Made by a program: the position numbers and the translations under genes. From Octopus sinensis (Eukaryota): a DNA stretch of 64,000 bases. Positions 36,141-49,090 of the stretch are shown in pieces (the stretch's first letter is position 1; every line of letters begins with the position of its first letter). The notes under the pieces were generated by a model. The model was not told the origin of the DNA. It made no database searches and saw nothing but the letters and a program-made list of their open reading frames with translations. The stretch is from NCBI RefSeq assembly GCF_006345805.1, contig NC_042998.1:198028001-198092000 (forward strand), in the 5' to 3' direction.

Positions 36141-36789
36141 TACAATTAAAAATATTTTTATATATTAAACAACCTCAAGGAATTTTATTTCATTTTTTTG
36201 ACTATTAACATGGATAATTTTAATTCCTCAAGGTTCTCAACTCATTATACTACACATATGATATCCTATTGTTGTTCCATTTAAATTCTTGTAGGTATGT
36301 AAATTGGAAGGAAAATATTAATCTGGGAAAGATTTTTTGTAAGTTGAAGTTCTGGGAAGTAAGAGCAAGAGAAATGTTAACTGCATAGTTTAAGAAGATG
36401 AGACAGCAGAATGAGAAGATCTATACGTGTTGAAAGAGTTGATGAGAAGAGACCCTGGAGTGAATTTTAGATCAGAAATATGTGTCTAGTACTTCTAAGA
36501 AAACAAGGCTACTTTCTTCAGGGCATGTGTGCAGAACGGTCTTCTCCTTGAAGCCAAAACCTGGACAATGAAGAAGGTACTTTCAAGACTGTCTTGATGG
36601 TATATCACCAGGCTTACACGATCTGAGTAGAAGACAAAAGAGGAGATTTATGGACATATTGCACCCATCTCAGCTTTAATGACTCAACACAGAGTAGGCT
36701 TTGCTGGCCATTGATATTGTGCTGAATAACAGGCTATATCAGATGTACGGAGACCCTAATTAAAGGCAAAAGACCACTGAACTATATTA

Positions 36790-37207
36790 ATGTTATTGCG
36801 CCTTACTGGCACTTGTGCCCGTGCTAGTAGGGTGCCAAGAGCACCATCCGAGCTTGATCCTTGCCAGAGCAGCCAACTGGCTTCCATACCGACGGCACAT
36901 AAAAGGGCACCATTCGAGCGTGATTGTTACCAACGTCACCTTACTGGCACCTGTGCTGGTGGCATATGTAGAAAGATTCGAGCAAGGTCATTGCAAGTAC
37001 CGCCTGACTGGCCCCCATGCTGGTGGCACATAAAAAGCACCCACTACACTCTCGGAGTGGTTGGCATTAGGAAGGGCATCCAGCTGTAGAAACTCTGCCA
37101 GATCAAGACTGGAGCCTGGTGCAGCCATTTGGTTCGCCAGTCCTCAGTCAAAATCGTCCAACCCATGCTAGCATGGAAAGCAGACGTTAAACAATGATGA
37201 TGATGAT
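36790..37207 (+). mobile_element. RTE 3' UTR copy, subfamily B
   Basis: Family blocks and (GAT)n tail. Confidence 0.85.
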
Positions 37208-37524
37208 AGAGACAACATGAAACTAAGGATCTACCGAAACTTGTGGGGACAAAGTTCCCTGGAGCAGCAATGTGACCTACATCTTGGTTGGAGCCTTTGG
37301 AAGAAGAAAAACACAGAGTCTAAGATAGTTGACATTAGCTTTCAGATTTGGGTCCTTGGCAGAGATTTGAAATCTCAACCTCTGACAAAGTAGTCTCTCG
37401 TCAGCCAACCATTCCTTTGCTCTATCCTTCCTTTATACAGCTGGAAATGAGCAAGAATGGAAGATACTGCAGAGTTACTACAGGAGGTAAAATAGGAAGA
37501 TTATCTCCTGATGGCATATAACAA

Positions 37525-37556
<32 letters not shown>

Positions 37557-37764
37557 GCACATACACGTGAATGATGTGTGCATATATTGCATGCATACAT
37601 ACACACATGCACATATATATATACATAAATATATGTACATACAGACACACAAACATATATATATATATACATATATATATACACACACACACACACAAAT
37701 ATATATATATACATATATATATACACACACACACACACAAATATATATATATACATATATATAT

Positions 37765-37800
<36 letters not shown>

Positions 37801-37955
37801 CATCATCATCATCATCATCGTTTAACGTCCGCTAGCATGGAAAACGGATATTAAACGATGATGATGATGATATATATATATATATATATACACACTTGAT
37901 ATCATTGTGCATGTGTGTGTGCATATATATATAACTTCATCATCATTTATGGTGG

Positions 37956-38002
<47 letters not shown>

Positions 38003-38121
38003 CTACCTACATATATATCTTCATACACATACCTACCCACACACTCCCACTTATATTAGAAAACACAGTCGCTATAAATGGAGAGACAGATACATATATG
38101 TACATCTCACATACAAATACA

Positions 38122-38163
<42 letters not shown>

Positions 38164-38170
38164 CATATAC

Positions 38171-38202
<32 letters not shown>

Positions 38203-38214
38203 ATGAGATTAGCT

Positions 38215-38700
38215 TCTAGATTAAAACATCTCCTTTAACAATCAATCCAAGAGCAGAAGATTTGTCAGATGTACAAATAGGAAAAGTTAAGATCGATTGC
38301 CTTTGGGGAATACCAGTAAGTTGTTCAGCGATTATTGATGTGTAACCTACCTAACAACAAGTCCTCAAGAGATGGCTTTTAATCAAAATAATACGCAGAT
38401 CAATTTGATGGTGGAGGGCGAATCCTGCTAACTGACATGGCACTAACATATTAAGAAGGGCAAAAAAAAAAAACCAAGCTGAAATCTGATGCAGGGAATT
38501 CTTCAATTTTATGCAACCACTTGCTGAAAAGATAGATTTTGCTGAGTATATGATTGCCGTATAAGATTCAGAGTTTAGTTAATAGAAACTGTTCATAATA
38601 AAGATGCTATTTGTAAAGCCCAGGTACAGGTGACATGGAAGCAAGACCTCCAGAATACCAATTCTAGCTTCTGCTTTATTCTGTATTAATTAATTGATTG
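38215..38700 (-). pseudogene. Highly degraded LINE RT remnant (CR1/L2-like)
   Basis: Frame GYTSIIAEQLTGIPQRQSILTFPICTSD resembles the GxPQGSxLxPxLFxxYxxD RT motif. Confidence 0.45.
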
Positions 38701-38719
38701 GTTGACAACTTTCATTTAC

Positions 38720-39148
38720 AAGGCCGTCGCCATCTTCTTTCTTCTTCTTCTTCCTCCTCCTCTTCTTCTTCCTCCTCCTCCTCTTCTCCTTCCTCCTCCT
38801 CCTCTTCTTCTTCTTCCACTTCTTCTTCCCCCTTCTCTTCTTCCACTTCTATCTCCTCCCCTTCTTCTTCTTCTGCCTCTTCCACTTCTTCTTCTCTTCT
38901 TCCTCCTCTTCCACTTCTTCTTCTTCCTCTTCCACTTCTTTTTCTTCCAATTCTTCTTCCTCTTCTTTTTCTACTTCTTCTTCTTCTCCTTCTTCCACTT
39001 CTTCTTCTTCTTCTTAAACTTCTTCTTCTTCTTCTTAAACTTCTTCTTCTTCTTCTTCCACTTCTTTTCTACTTCTTTTTCCTCTTCTTTTTCTACTTCT
39101 TCTTCTTTCACTTCTTCTTCTTTCACTTCTTCTTCTTATTATTATTTC

Positions 39149-39179
<31 letters not shown>

Positions 39180-39185
39180 CTTCTT

Positions 39186-39215
<30 letters not shown>
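38720..39215. repeat. (CTT/CCT)n pyrimidine tract followed by (TAT)n
   Basis: Direct reading. Confidence 0.95.
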
Positions 39216-39216
<1 letters not shown>

Positions 39217-39944
39217 AGGTGGCAAGCTGGCAAAATCATTAGCATGCTAGATGAAATGCTTAATGGTATTTTGCCCATCGCTACATTCTGAGTTCAAATT
39301 CTGACGTGGTCAACTTTGCTTTTCATCTTTTTTGTGGTCAATAAAATAAGTACCAGCTGAATACTGGGGTCAGTGTAATCATCTATACCCCTCCCCCAAA
39401 TTTCAGGCCTTGTGTCTATAGTAGAAAGGATTATTATTATCATTAATTTTTTTTTTTTTTAACATCTGTTTTCATGATGGCAAGGGTTAGACAGTTTGGC
39501 AAGAGCTAGCAAGTTATAGGATTGTAACAAGCTCCAATGTCCACTTCAGCTTGGATATTACTGCTGGATACACTTCCTGATTCCAACCCCTTTACAGGGT
39601 GTATTTGGCACTGCACCAGATAACTTGCAAGATAAGAGGACGTAACATTGAGTGAGGTGGCTCTACGCCAGATGATAAGTTAAAGTATGATAGACGGACA
39701 GAAGTTGATGACTTGCTTTAAGCGAGCTATATGGCTATCCCAGTTGGGAAAAAGAGAAGATGGTGGTGAGATGTATTAAGGAATACCCCCAAACAATAAA
39801 AAAAGAACCTCTGTTTTTATTACAGTTGTTTCTAATACAAAAGCCTTTTCTCCTAAAGTAACCTATTTTCTGCTAGAAAAATACAATCTACTCAAAGTTA
39901 AGTATCTTGTTCAAGGAGAACGTGCATTGATAATATGATATAGG

Positions 39945-40232
39945 ATCGTTACCAATGTCGTCTTACTGGCACCTGTGCTGGTGGCATGTGTAAAAAGATT
40001 TGAGCGAGGTCATTGCCAGTACCGCCTGACTGGCCCCCGTGCCGGTGGCACGTAAAAAGCACCCACTACACTCTCGGAGTGGTTGGCGTTAGGAAGGGCA
40101 TCCAGCTGTAGAAACTCTGCCAAATCAAGACTGGAGCCTGGTGCAGCCATCTGGTTCGCCATCCCTCAGTCAAAATCGTCCAACCCATGCTAGCATGGAA
40201 AGCGGACGTTAAATGATGATGATGATGATGAT
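39945..40232 (+). mobile_element. RTE 3' UTR copy, subfamily B
   Basis: Family blocks and (GAT)n tail. Confidence 0.85.
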
Positions 40233-41076
40233 AATTTTTTCCCTGAGACAGTACCTGCAGCCAAGGTCTTTCCATATATGAGTGTAAAGAAACATGTTAA
40301 ATATAACTGCCAAAAACAAGGACCAAACGTCCTTCCTGAGCCATAGGCTCATAAGGCCAGTTTCCCAGATTCTGTGACATATATATATATTCTGCTCCTG
40401 GATGGGACATCTGTCTATGGCAGAATTACTCACTTTTGCCAGCTGAGTAGATTGGAGCTATGTGAATTGTAGTGTTTTGCTCAAGAACACAATGCATTGC
40501 CTAGTCCAGGAATTGAAACCACAATCTTATGGTCATGAGTGCAATACCCAACGTGCCTCCACAAGTATAACTGTAGACATGTAGACACCTGTATTTTAAT
40601 CATTGCTGAATAATTAATTCCAGCTTGACAAAACTTTGCACACATCAGTAAAGTTATTATCTGCTGTGCAAATATAAGACTGACAGTCCTTTATGGTCAA
40701 TGAATGTATGAATCAGTGTCCACGGCTGATGAAGTGTAACGATGCAGACACACTTGTCTTACAGTCTGATGATGTCATTCATAGCTCAATGATGTGTTTC
40801 CACAAACATTGTCAAAACAGAGAATTATTTCCTGAAACACTATTCACAGCAAATGGTCTTTCCCTGTGTTAAATATAACTCGTACACACCTACAATGTTA
40901 ATCACTGCAGTTTTAGGTGTCTTTAATTATTAGTATTATTAGTTCACTGCTCCTTAAATTCCTCAACCAGGAGCAACCAAGAAACCAACAATGGAAAATG
41001 AGCCAATGTGAGACTTCTACATGGTCACATAACTAACAAGAAATAGCAGTAAAATAGCTCTCAAGTGGCATCTTAA

Positions 41077-41297
41077 CCCTTTAGCATTTAAACCGGCCAT
41101 ATCCGGCCAAAAGTATTCTGCCTGTTTTATGTTCAAACTGGCCAGATCTGGTCTCTCACACCAACCCTACAATATTGTTTTAAAACTTAACAGTTACCTC
41201 ATCAAACTCTCAAAGTTAGAAGATAATGCATGATGAATTCAAAACAAGGTGGATGAAAAAGCATTAGTTTTGGTAGAATAATGCGAACACTAAAGGG
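41077..41297. mobile_element. piggyBac-type MITE (221 bp)
   Basis: TTAA|CCCTTTAG...CTAAAGGG|TTAA. Confidence 0.8.
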
Positions 41298-41579
41298 TTA
41301 AAGAAGGAAAGATGCTAACTTAGCACTATGTTGGATAGAAAGATAACATGGCCATGACTAGAATACATGTTTGAAATCATATCTGCTTCATCAAGGGTGA
41401 TCTGAGCAACTGTTGGATGGGTGTGCAAATTTTAGTATGTTTCCTTATAAAATACTACATCACAGTTTTTCCTAGTAAGCTATCTGCCTTGTCTATCTGC
41501 TATAATCAATAAAAGCATATGATATTAGTTCTGTGAGTGTTTGTGTGTGTACATGTGTTTATGTATGTGTTTTATACAT

Positions 41580-41787
41580 ACGTATATTTATATATATACA
41601 TCTATTATATAATATATAATATATAATATATATATATATAGTATATAATTATATATATATATAGTATATGTATATATATATATATATGTATTATATATAT
41701 ATAATGTATATATATAATATGTATATATATATATATATGTATATATAATAAATATATGTATATATATACATATATGTTATATATATG

Positions 41788-41845
<58 letters not shown>

Positions 41846-41971
41846 GATATATATATATATATATATATGTATGTATATATATATATATATATGTATGTAT
41901 ATATAATATATGTATGATATATTATATATATATAATGTATGTATATATATATATATTATATATATGTATAT

Positions 41972-42028
<57 letters not shown>

Positions 42029-42045
42029 ATATGTATATTAATACA

Positions 42046-42076
<31 letters not shown>

Positions 42077-42096
42077 CTCTATATATATATATATAT

Positions 42097-42145
<49 letters not shown>
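41580..42145. repeat. Degenerate (TA)n tract
   Basis: Direct reading. Confidence 0.95.
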
Positions 42146-42335
42146 GGGAGAATTCACAAAAAAAAACCAAGACGAAGACAGGTGGTGTAGTGAACAAACA
42201 GATGTATTAGTTTCACGCTCAGGAAATGAAAAAGTCTTTAATGTTTCGACCGTACACTCTTCCACAGATAGGAACACAGAAAAAAACAAGAAGAGAAAAT
42301 AAAGAATGTGTAGTGGCTAGCGATCTATCATGGCA
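42145..42335 (-). mobile_element. Short Penelope/retrozyme-like element with variant hammerhead motif (42236-42271)
   Basis: Homologous to 46872-47075; CTGTGGA..GAAA core. Confidence 0.6.
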
Positions 42336-42342
42336 AATATAT

Positions 42343-42590
42343 ATCATCATCATCATCGTCATTTAATGTCCGCTTTCCATGCTAGCATGGGTTGGATGAT
42401 TTGACTGAGGGCTGGCGAACCAGATGGCTGCACCAGGCTCCAGTCTTGATCTGGCAGAGTTTCTACAGCTGGATGCCCTTCCTAATGCCAAACGCTCTGA
42501 GAGTGTAGTGGGTACTTTTAAAGTGCCACCAGCACGAGGGCCAATCTGGCAGTACTGGCAACAGCCACACTCGAATTTTTTTTACACATG
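42343..42590 (-). mobile_element. RTE 3' UTR copy (subfamily B) abutting a SINE-C fragment
   Basis: Family blocks; SINE-C sequence continues to ~42820. Confidence 0.8.
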
Positions 42591-43585
42591 CCTAGTACTT
42601 ATTCTATCAGTCTCTTTTGCCGAACCACTAAGTTATGGGGACATAAACACACCACCATCGGTTGTCAAGCAATGTTGGTGGGGCACACAAATGTATACAC
42701 ACGTGCACATGCACACACACACATATACACGACAGGCTTCTTTCAGTTTCCATCTACCAAATTCACTCACAAGGCTTTGATCGGTCCGAGACTATAGTAG
42801 AAGACACTTGCCCAAGGTGTCAATATAGCTATATTAAACATGGTAATGTATTAGTATTAAGACTAGACTAAAAACAAATATAGGAATTAAGTGAATCATT
42901 CACATACTAAATCAAACCCAGCTTTAAAATAGATATTTCACAGTTGTTGCACAGAGAGGCAATCAGTTGTTTTGCCGTCTGTTTCATCAGTGATGAAACT
43001 TAGTGCTGTAATAGAGGTGAGACTAACCAATATAGTTCTATATAACATATGATTAATAATACCAACACCAACAAAAACAACAATAAGAGAGTCAGGCAGA
43101 TGCATATGCAGAAAATATTATCTGGAATATTAATAAACGGTATAAAATCGAAATGCAATTGCTGTGTTCTTTTTGAAATAGTGAAGATGAAAAAGAGAAA
43201 CATATACATATATATATATATATATTATATATATATATATACATACATGCATATATACATACATATAAATAAATACATACATATATATCTGTGTATATAT
43301 ATATATATATAATGATAATAATAATAATAAGAATAATAATAATGCCATGTTATAATAATGCTTAACAGGGCACACAAACTTTTATTCAACCTAACATACA
43401 CACACATATATATATATACAAATACATACAGATACATAGATAAATAAATAGATATACATATATATATACATACATACACACACACATATAGACATATATA
43501 TATGCATATATATGTGTATACACACACACACATGTACATACACGCACCATACATATATATTTACATTCATACATATATATACATA

Positions 43586-43990
43586 GGCGCAGAAGTGGCT
43601 GTGTGGTAAGTAGCTTGTTTACCAACCACATGTTTCCGGGTTCAGTCCCACTGCGTGGCATCTTGGGCAAGTGTCTTCTGCTATAGCCTTGGGCCGACCA
43701 AAGCCTTGTGAGTGGATTTGGTAGACGGAAACTGAAAGAAGCCTGTCGTATATATATATGTGTGTGTGTTTGTGTGTCTGTGTTTGTCCCCCCTAGCATT
43801 GTTTGACAACTGATGCTGGTGTGTTTACGTCGCCGTCACTTAGCGGTTCGGCAAAAGAGACCGATAGAATAAGTACTGGGCTTACAAAGAATAAGTCCTG
43901 GGGTCGATTTGCTCGACTAAAAAAATAAGGCAGTGCTCCAGCATGGCCGCAGTCAAATGACTGAAACAAGTAAAAGAGTAAAAGAGAGTA
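43586..43990 (+). mobile_element. SINE-C, full length
   Basis: GGCGCAGAAGTGGCTGTGTGG head, GGTTCAGTCC B-box, internal microsatellite, (AAAAGAGT)n tail. Confidence 0.88.
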
Positions 43991-44182
43991 ATATATTTCT
44001 CAGTATAGTTATTACTTTCATCTCCTATAGAGGATTTCAAACTAGCTTCTTTGCATGTTACATATACATACACACATGTGTGTGTGTCTGTATATTTATA
44101 CATACATATGAGTATATATATATAGGTTTACATATATATGTTTATATATACATATGTCTATATACATATGTCTATATACAGC

Positions 44183-44697
44183 TCTGTCTTTGCCAGCTCT
44201 GTCTGGCCCCGTGTCGGTGGCACGTAAAAGCACCATCCGTTCGTGTTCGTAGCCAGCCTCGGCTGGCCCCCGTGCAGGTGACACGTAAAAGCACCGTCCG
44301 TTCGTGGCCGTTTGCCAGCTCTGTCTGGCCCCGTGTCGGTGGCACGTAAAAGCACCGTCCGTTCGTGGCCGTTTGCCAGCTCTGTCTGGCCCCGTGTCGG
44401 TGGCACGTAAAAGCACCGTCCGTTCGTGGCCGTTTGCCAGCATTGCCTGGCCCCGTGCCGGTGACACGTAAAAACACCATCTGTTTGTGGCCGTTCGCCA
44501 GCTCTGTCTGGCACCTGTGCAGGTGGCACGTAAAAAACACCCACTACATTCACGGAGTGGTGGCGTTAGGAAGGGCATCCAGCCGTAGAAACACTGCCAA
44601 ATCTGACTGGGCCTGATGAAGCCTTCCGGCTTCACAGACCCCAGTTAAACCGTCCAACCCATGCTAGCATGGAAAACGGACGCTAAATGATGATGAT
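44183..44697 (+). mobile_element. RTE 3' UTR copy with ~5 x 60-bp units
   Basis: GGCACGTAAAAGCACCGTCCGTTCGTGGCCGTTTGCCAGC repeats. Confidence 0.85.
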
Positions 44698-45311
44698 ATG
44701 TTTTCGTATACATTTACTGCTTTCTTCCAAGGAATCTAGTGCTCTTAGCTTAGTTTTTCCTTGGGGTTCGCTAGATTGGAGCAAAAGGGAATTAAATATT
44801 AAGATTATTAACCCCACAAAGAGGTGAAAGAAGCGAGACAGCATAACAAAAGTTTTGGCTGACTGTCATCCTGTACACCCCTTGTTACAAACGAAATGGT
44901 ATATGCCAGCTGTGTGAGCAACTGGTTGTTTTAATGGCGTAACAAACAGGGGAATTCAATTAGAAAATGTTTTAATCGATTTTCTCGATAAGTATGAGTG
45001 TTAGGAAAAAAATACAAACTGCATTCCAATGTATGCACCCGTCTCCACATGTGTGCAATTTTTCACACAAATCCACCCAATTGTTTGGCTGTGAACCTCA
45101 AGACTAGAAAGAATACAACGATTGCCCCATGTCCAATTTAAATTGATGTAATTGACTGCATTGTTCAATTAAATGGAGTTGTTTGAAACGATCGTACGGC
45201 ATTACCTCTGGATAGCCTTGTTGCTAATTTTGATTTTAATCACCTTATTTTGAAATTGTATAGATAATAACGTACTAAATTCTGGTGCCTCAACTGAATT
45301 TCTCTCTCTCT

Positions 45312-45344
<33 letters not shown>

Positions 45345-45346
<2 letters not shown>

Positions 45347-46617
45347 GGGGTTGGACAAAATAATGGAAACACCTAGCATCATACTATCATAATTTTGAAA
45401 TATCTATAAAACCATCAAAAGCTTGTTTATTTTTGTTTTTTTATTTATTATTAGTGTTGTGTAATATGTTTTGCTAAAATTTCTGTTTTTTTCCAGACAT
45501 CATTAGAAAAAGGTAATTAAAATTCATTGAAATGTCAGATCTATCGGACTTTCAAAGAGGTCAAATTGTTGGTGCTCGTATGACAGGTGCTAGCATAATG
45601 AAAAACAGCCAAAATGTTTGGTGTATCAAGAAGTACTGTCTCAAAAGTAATGATTGCCTTTGAGAAAGAGGGAAAAACCTCCATGTTGGAACAAAACTCC
45701 GGAAGAAAACCAAAACTTTCAGATAGGAGCTGTTAGACTGTTACGTGAATTGTTAGAAAGGAACACAAAATTACAGCCCCCAAAATTACTGCAGAGCTTA
45801 CTGATCCCCTCAAGAACACAGTTTCCACAAAAACTATTTGCTGGGAGCTGCACAAAGCTGGATTTTATGGGAGGGTTGCAATCTGAAAACCACTACTTTC
45901 AAAATCAAACATTGCAAAGCATTTAGAGTGGAGTAAAAACCTGTAGAATTGGTCTGCAGAGCAGTGGAAGAATGTTATTTTCTAGGACAAGTCATCCTTT
46001 ACCTTATTTCCAACCACCAGCCAAGTATACATGTGGAGACAGCCAAAAGAAGTATTTGACCCAGACTGCCTTCTTCCAACTGTTAAACATGGAGGAGATT
46101 CTGTGATGATCTGGTGGGGAGCTATATCTTAGAAATCCGCCGACCCAATGGTTTCCCTTCACGGCAGGATTAATAGTCAAGACTATTTTATCTAGTCAAA
46201 TTCATCCTATGGTTGCAGAACTGTTTCCGGTGAGGAACGCAATCTTTCAGGATGATAATGCACCAATGCACACAGCTGAAGTTGTTATTGAATGGTACGA
46301 TGAACAATGAACATTCTAGTGAAGTTGAACATCTTATCTGGCCACCACAGTCCTCAGATCTTAATATTAATGAACATTTATGGTGTATTTTAGAAAAACA
46401 AGCAAGGAGTCGCTATCCTCCACCATCATCACTACAAGAACTGGAGATCGTTTTAGCTGGAGAATGGACAAAAGTTCCTTTGGAAACAATTCAAACTTGG
46501 TACGAGTCCATACCTCATAGAATTCAAGTTGTAATTACTGCCAAAGTCAGTCCTATCCCATATTAAATTAAATTTTTTAAAATTTTAAGGTGTTTCCATT
46601 ATTTTGTCCAACCTCTG
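45345..46617 (+). mobile_element. Near-full-length Tc1-family transposon (pseudogenised DDE transposase ~45532-46566)
   Basis: 30-bp TIR CAG(G/A)GGTTGGACAAAATAATGGAAACACCT; MSDLSDFQRGQIVGAR, FQDDNAPMH, WPPQSSDLN motifs; inserted in (TA)n. Confidence 0.92.
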
Positions 46618-46871
46618 TATATATAGCTATGTGTATATATATGTATACATATTTATACATACATATGTGTATATATATATATATATATACACACACATAT
46701 TTATACATACATATGTGTATATATATATATAAACATATACATATATATATGAGAATAGACATATATATGTCTATACATATATAGACATATTTATGTATAT
46801 ATGTGTATGTGTGTGTGTGTGTGTGGTGTGTGTGTGTGTTTGTGGCCCTGTTTCCATCCCCGTAACTTAGT

Positions 46872-47075
46872 CGCCATGATAGATTGGTAACCACTACCCA
46901 CATTTTTTTCTCCCCTTTTTTTCCCCTTGTTTCTTTCTGTGTCCCTTTCTGTGGAAGAGCATAGGCTCGAAACGTAAAAGACCTTTTTCAATTCCCGAGC
47001 GTTATACTAATACATCTGTTTGTTTTTTGTACGCCACCTGTCTTTGTCTTTTGTTTGTTTTTCGTGAATTCTCCC
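46872..47075 (+). mobile_element. Short Penelope/retrozyme-like element with variant hammerhead motif (46945-46980)
   Basis: CTTT-CTGTGGA-A-GAGC-ATAG-GCTC-GAAA-CG-TA-AAAG; 3' end GTGAATTCTCCC then (TA)n. Confidence 0.65.
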
Positions 47076-47100
47076 TATATATATATATATATATATATAT

Positions 47101-47395
47101 CATCATCATCATCATCGTTTAGCGTCCATTTTCCATGCTAGCATGGGTTGGACGGGTCAACTGGGGTCTGTGAAGGTGGAAGGCTTCGTCAGGCCCAGTC
47201 AGATCTGGCAGAGTTTCTACGGCTGGATGCCCTTCCTAACGCCAACCACTCCGCGAGTGTAGTGGGTGTTTTTTACGTGCCACCTGCACAGGTGCCAGAC
47301 AGAGCTGGCGAACGGCCATGAATGGATGGTGCTTTTACGTGTCACCGGCACGGGGCCAGGCGATGCTGGCAACGGACAAGAACGGACGGTGCTTT
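47101..47395 (-). mobile_element. RTE 3' UTR copy
   Basis: (TA)n-(CAT)n junction, family blocks. Confidence 0.85.
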
Positions 47396-48169
47396 TATAT
47401 ATATATATATATACACACACACACAAACATATGTTGAATATGTGTGTGTTTAAATATATGTATGTGTTTAAGTATTTACATTTATAATCATGCTTATGCA
47501 TTTACTTATATTTTGAGAGAGAGAGTGGGGGTGGAGAGGGAAAGTGGGAAATCGGAGAAGGCAAGAACAGATGAAAAAGAAATTCCAAGCACCTCAGAGG
47601 GAATGGAACAATGCAACAGCAACAACAACAACAACATGAGAGATAATGCTCTCAGAATACAACTACAGAATGAAGAATGAAAAAAAACACAAACCAAAAA
47701 AATATATATAGGAGTCATTTTGAGTTAGCTGCAAGAATGAAAATAAACAAGCAGAAGGGTGGAATTTTAGAGCGATGAGATGAAATAACGAGGTAAAGAA
47801 TGAAATAAAAGGGTAGGCGTAAGAGAGATGGGAAATGTTTGCAGTAAACTCTAATGAAAATGTGAAAGTAATGTTAGGAGAGAGAGAGGAAATGTATTGA
47901 TTTTAGTGCTGTGTGTGAAATAAATAGAGGAATAAGCTAATAGAAACAGACAGACACATACATACACATACATACATACATAAATACATACATACATACA
48001 TGCATACATACATATATATACATATATAAATACACACACATAAGCATACATATGTATAGATATATGTGTATATTATATATACTTTTACACACACACATTA
48101 TACATATATATGTTTTTTTTTATATATTATATATACTTTTACACACATTATATATATATATGTTTTTTT

Positions 48170-48572
48170 TTTGTTACTTGTTTCAGTCATTTGACTGCGG
48201 CCATGCTGGAGCACCGCCTTTAGTCGAGCAAATCGACCCCGGGACTTATTCTTTGTAAGCCCAGTACTTATTCTATCGGTCTCTTTTGCCAAACCGCTAA
48301 GTAACGGGGACGTAAACACACCAGCATCGGTTGTCAAGCAATGCTAGGGGGACAAACACAGACACACAAACACAATCATACATATATATATATATATACA
48401 TATACACGACGGGCTTCTTTCAGTTTCCATCTACCAAATCCACTCACAAGGCTTTGGTCAGCCCGGGGCTATAGCAGAAGACACTTGCCCAAGGTGCCAC
48501 GCAGTGGGACTGAACCCGGAACCATGTGGTTGGTTAGCAAGTTACTTACCACACAGCCACTCCTGTGCCTAT
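48170..48572 (-). mobile_element. SINE-C
   Basis: Matches 2089-2520. Confidence 0.85.
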
Positions 48573-48778
48573 GTATATATATATATACACACACATATCT
48601 TATATCTTTTACTGGTTTCAGTCATTAGACTGTGGTCATGCTGGAGCACTGCTTTGAATTGACCCCAGTATTTTTTGAAGCCTGGTACATATCTTTTGCT
48701 GAACCACTAAGTTACGGGGATGGAAACAGAGCCACAAAGACACACACATGCACACACACACACATATATGCCATTGTA

Positions 48779-49090
48779 AGCACATACACATGAAACAAGA
48801 TGGGATAAAATAGTACTTGAATACCAGAGGTAGAGTAATACGCTTTATTATTAAGGCTGTAAAAACATCACAAAAATATACCAAAAAACTGCTACTCAGA
48901 GTTTCATGTTCCTGTTCATTGGGCAGTTGTGACCCAGATGGCAACTGCCCAATGAACGGGAACGTGAAACTCTGAGTAGCAGATTTTTGGTATATTTTTC
49001 TGATGCTTTTACAGCTTTAATAATAAATAATTACTCTACCTCTGGTAATCAAGTACTATTTTCTCCCACCTTGTTTCACATTTACGTGCT
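48779..49090. repeat. Large inverted repeat (~150-bp arms, 12-nt spacer) carrying two hammerhead-like motifs
   Basis: Arms 48779-48929 and 48942-49090. Confidence 0.9.

Noticed and set aside
38220-38315. Apparent plus-strand 96-nt exon (CTTCTAG..GTAAGT; IKTSPLTINPRAEDLSDVQIGKVKIDCLWGIP)
   Set aside because: The opposite strand reads as a decayed LINE RT motif (GIPQ..SIL), and no partner exons were found; RNA-seq could overturn this.
44613-44635. CTGATGA followed by an AGCC/GGCT hairpin (similar partial hits near 32963 and 40735)
   Set aside because: No GAAA after stem II or no stem II; not hammerheads.
45185-45200. GAAA-CGATCG-TA, resembling a hammerhead 3' half
   Set aside because: No convincing CTGANGA with a matching stem I upstream (only CTCAAGA near 45097).
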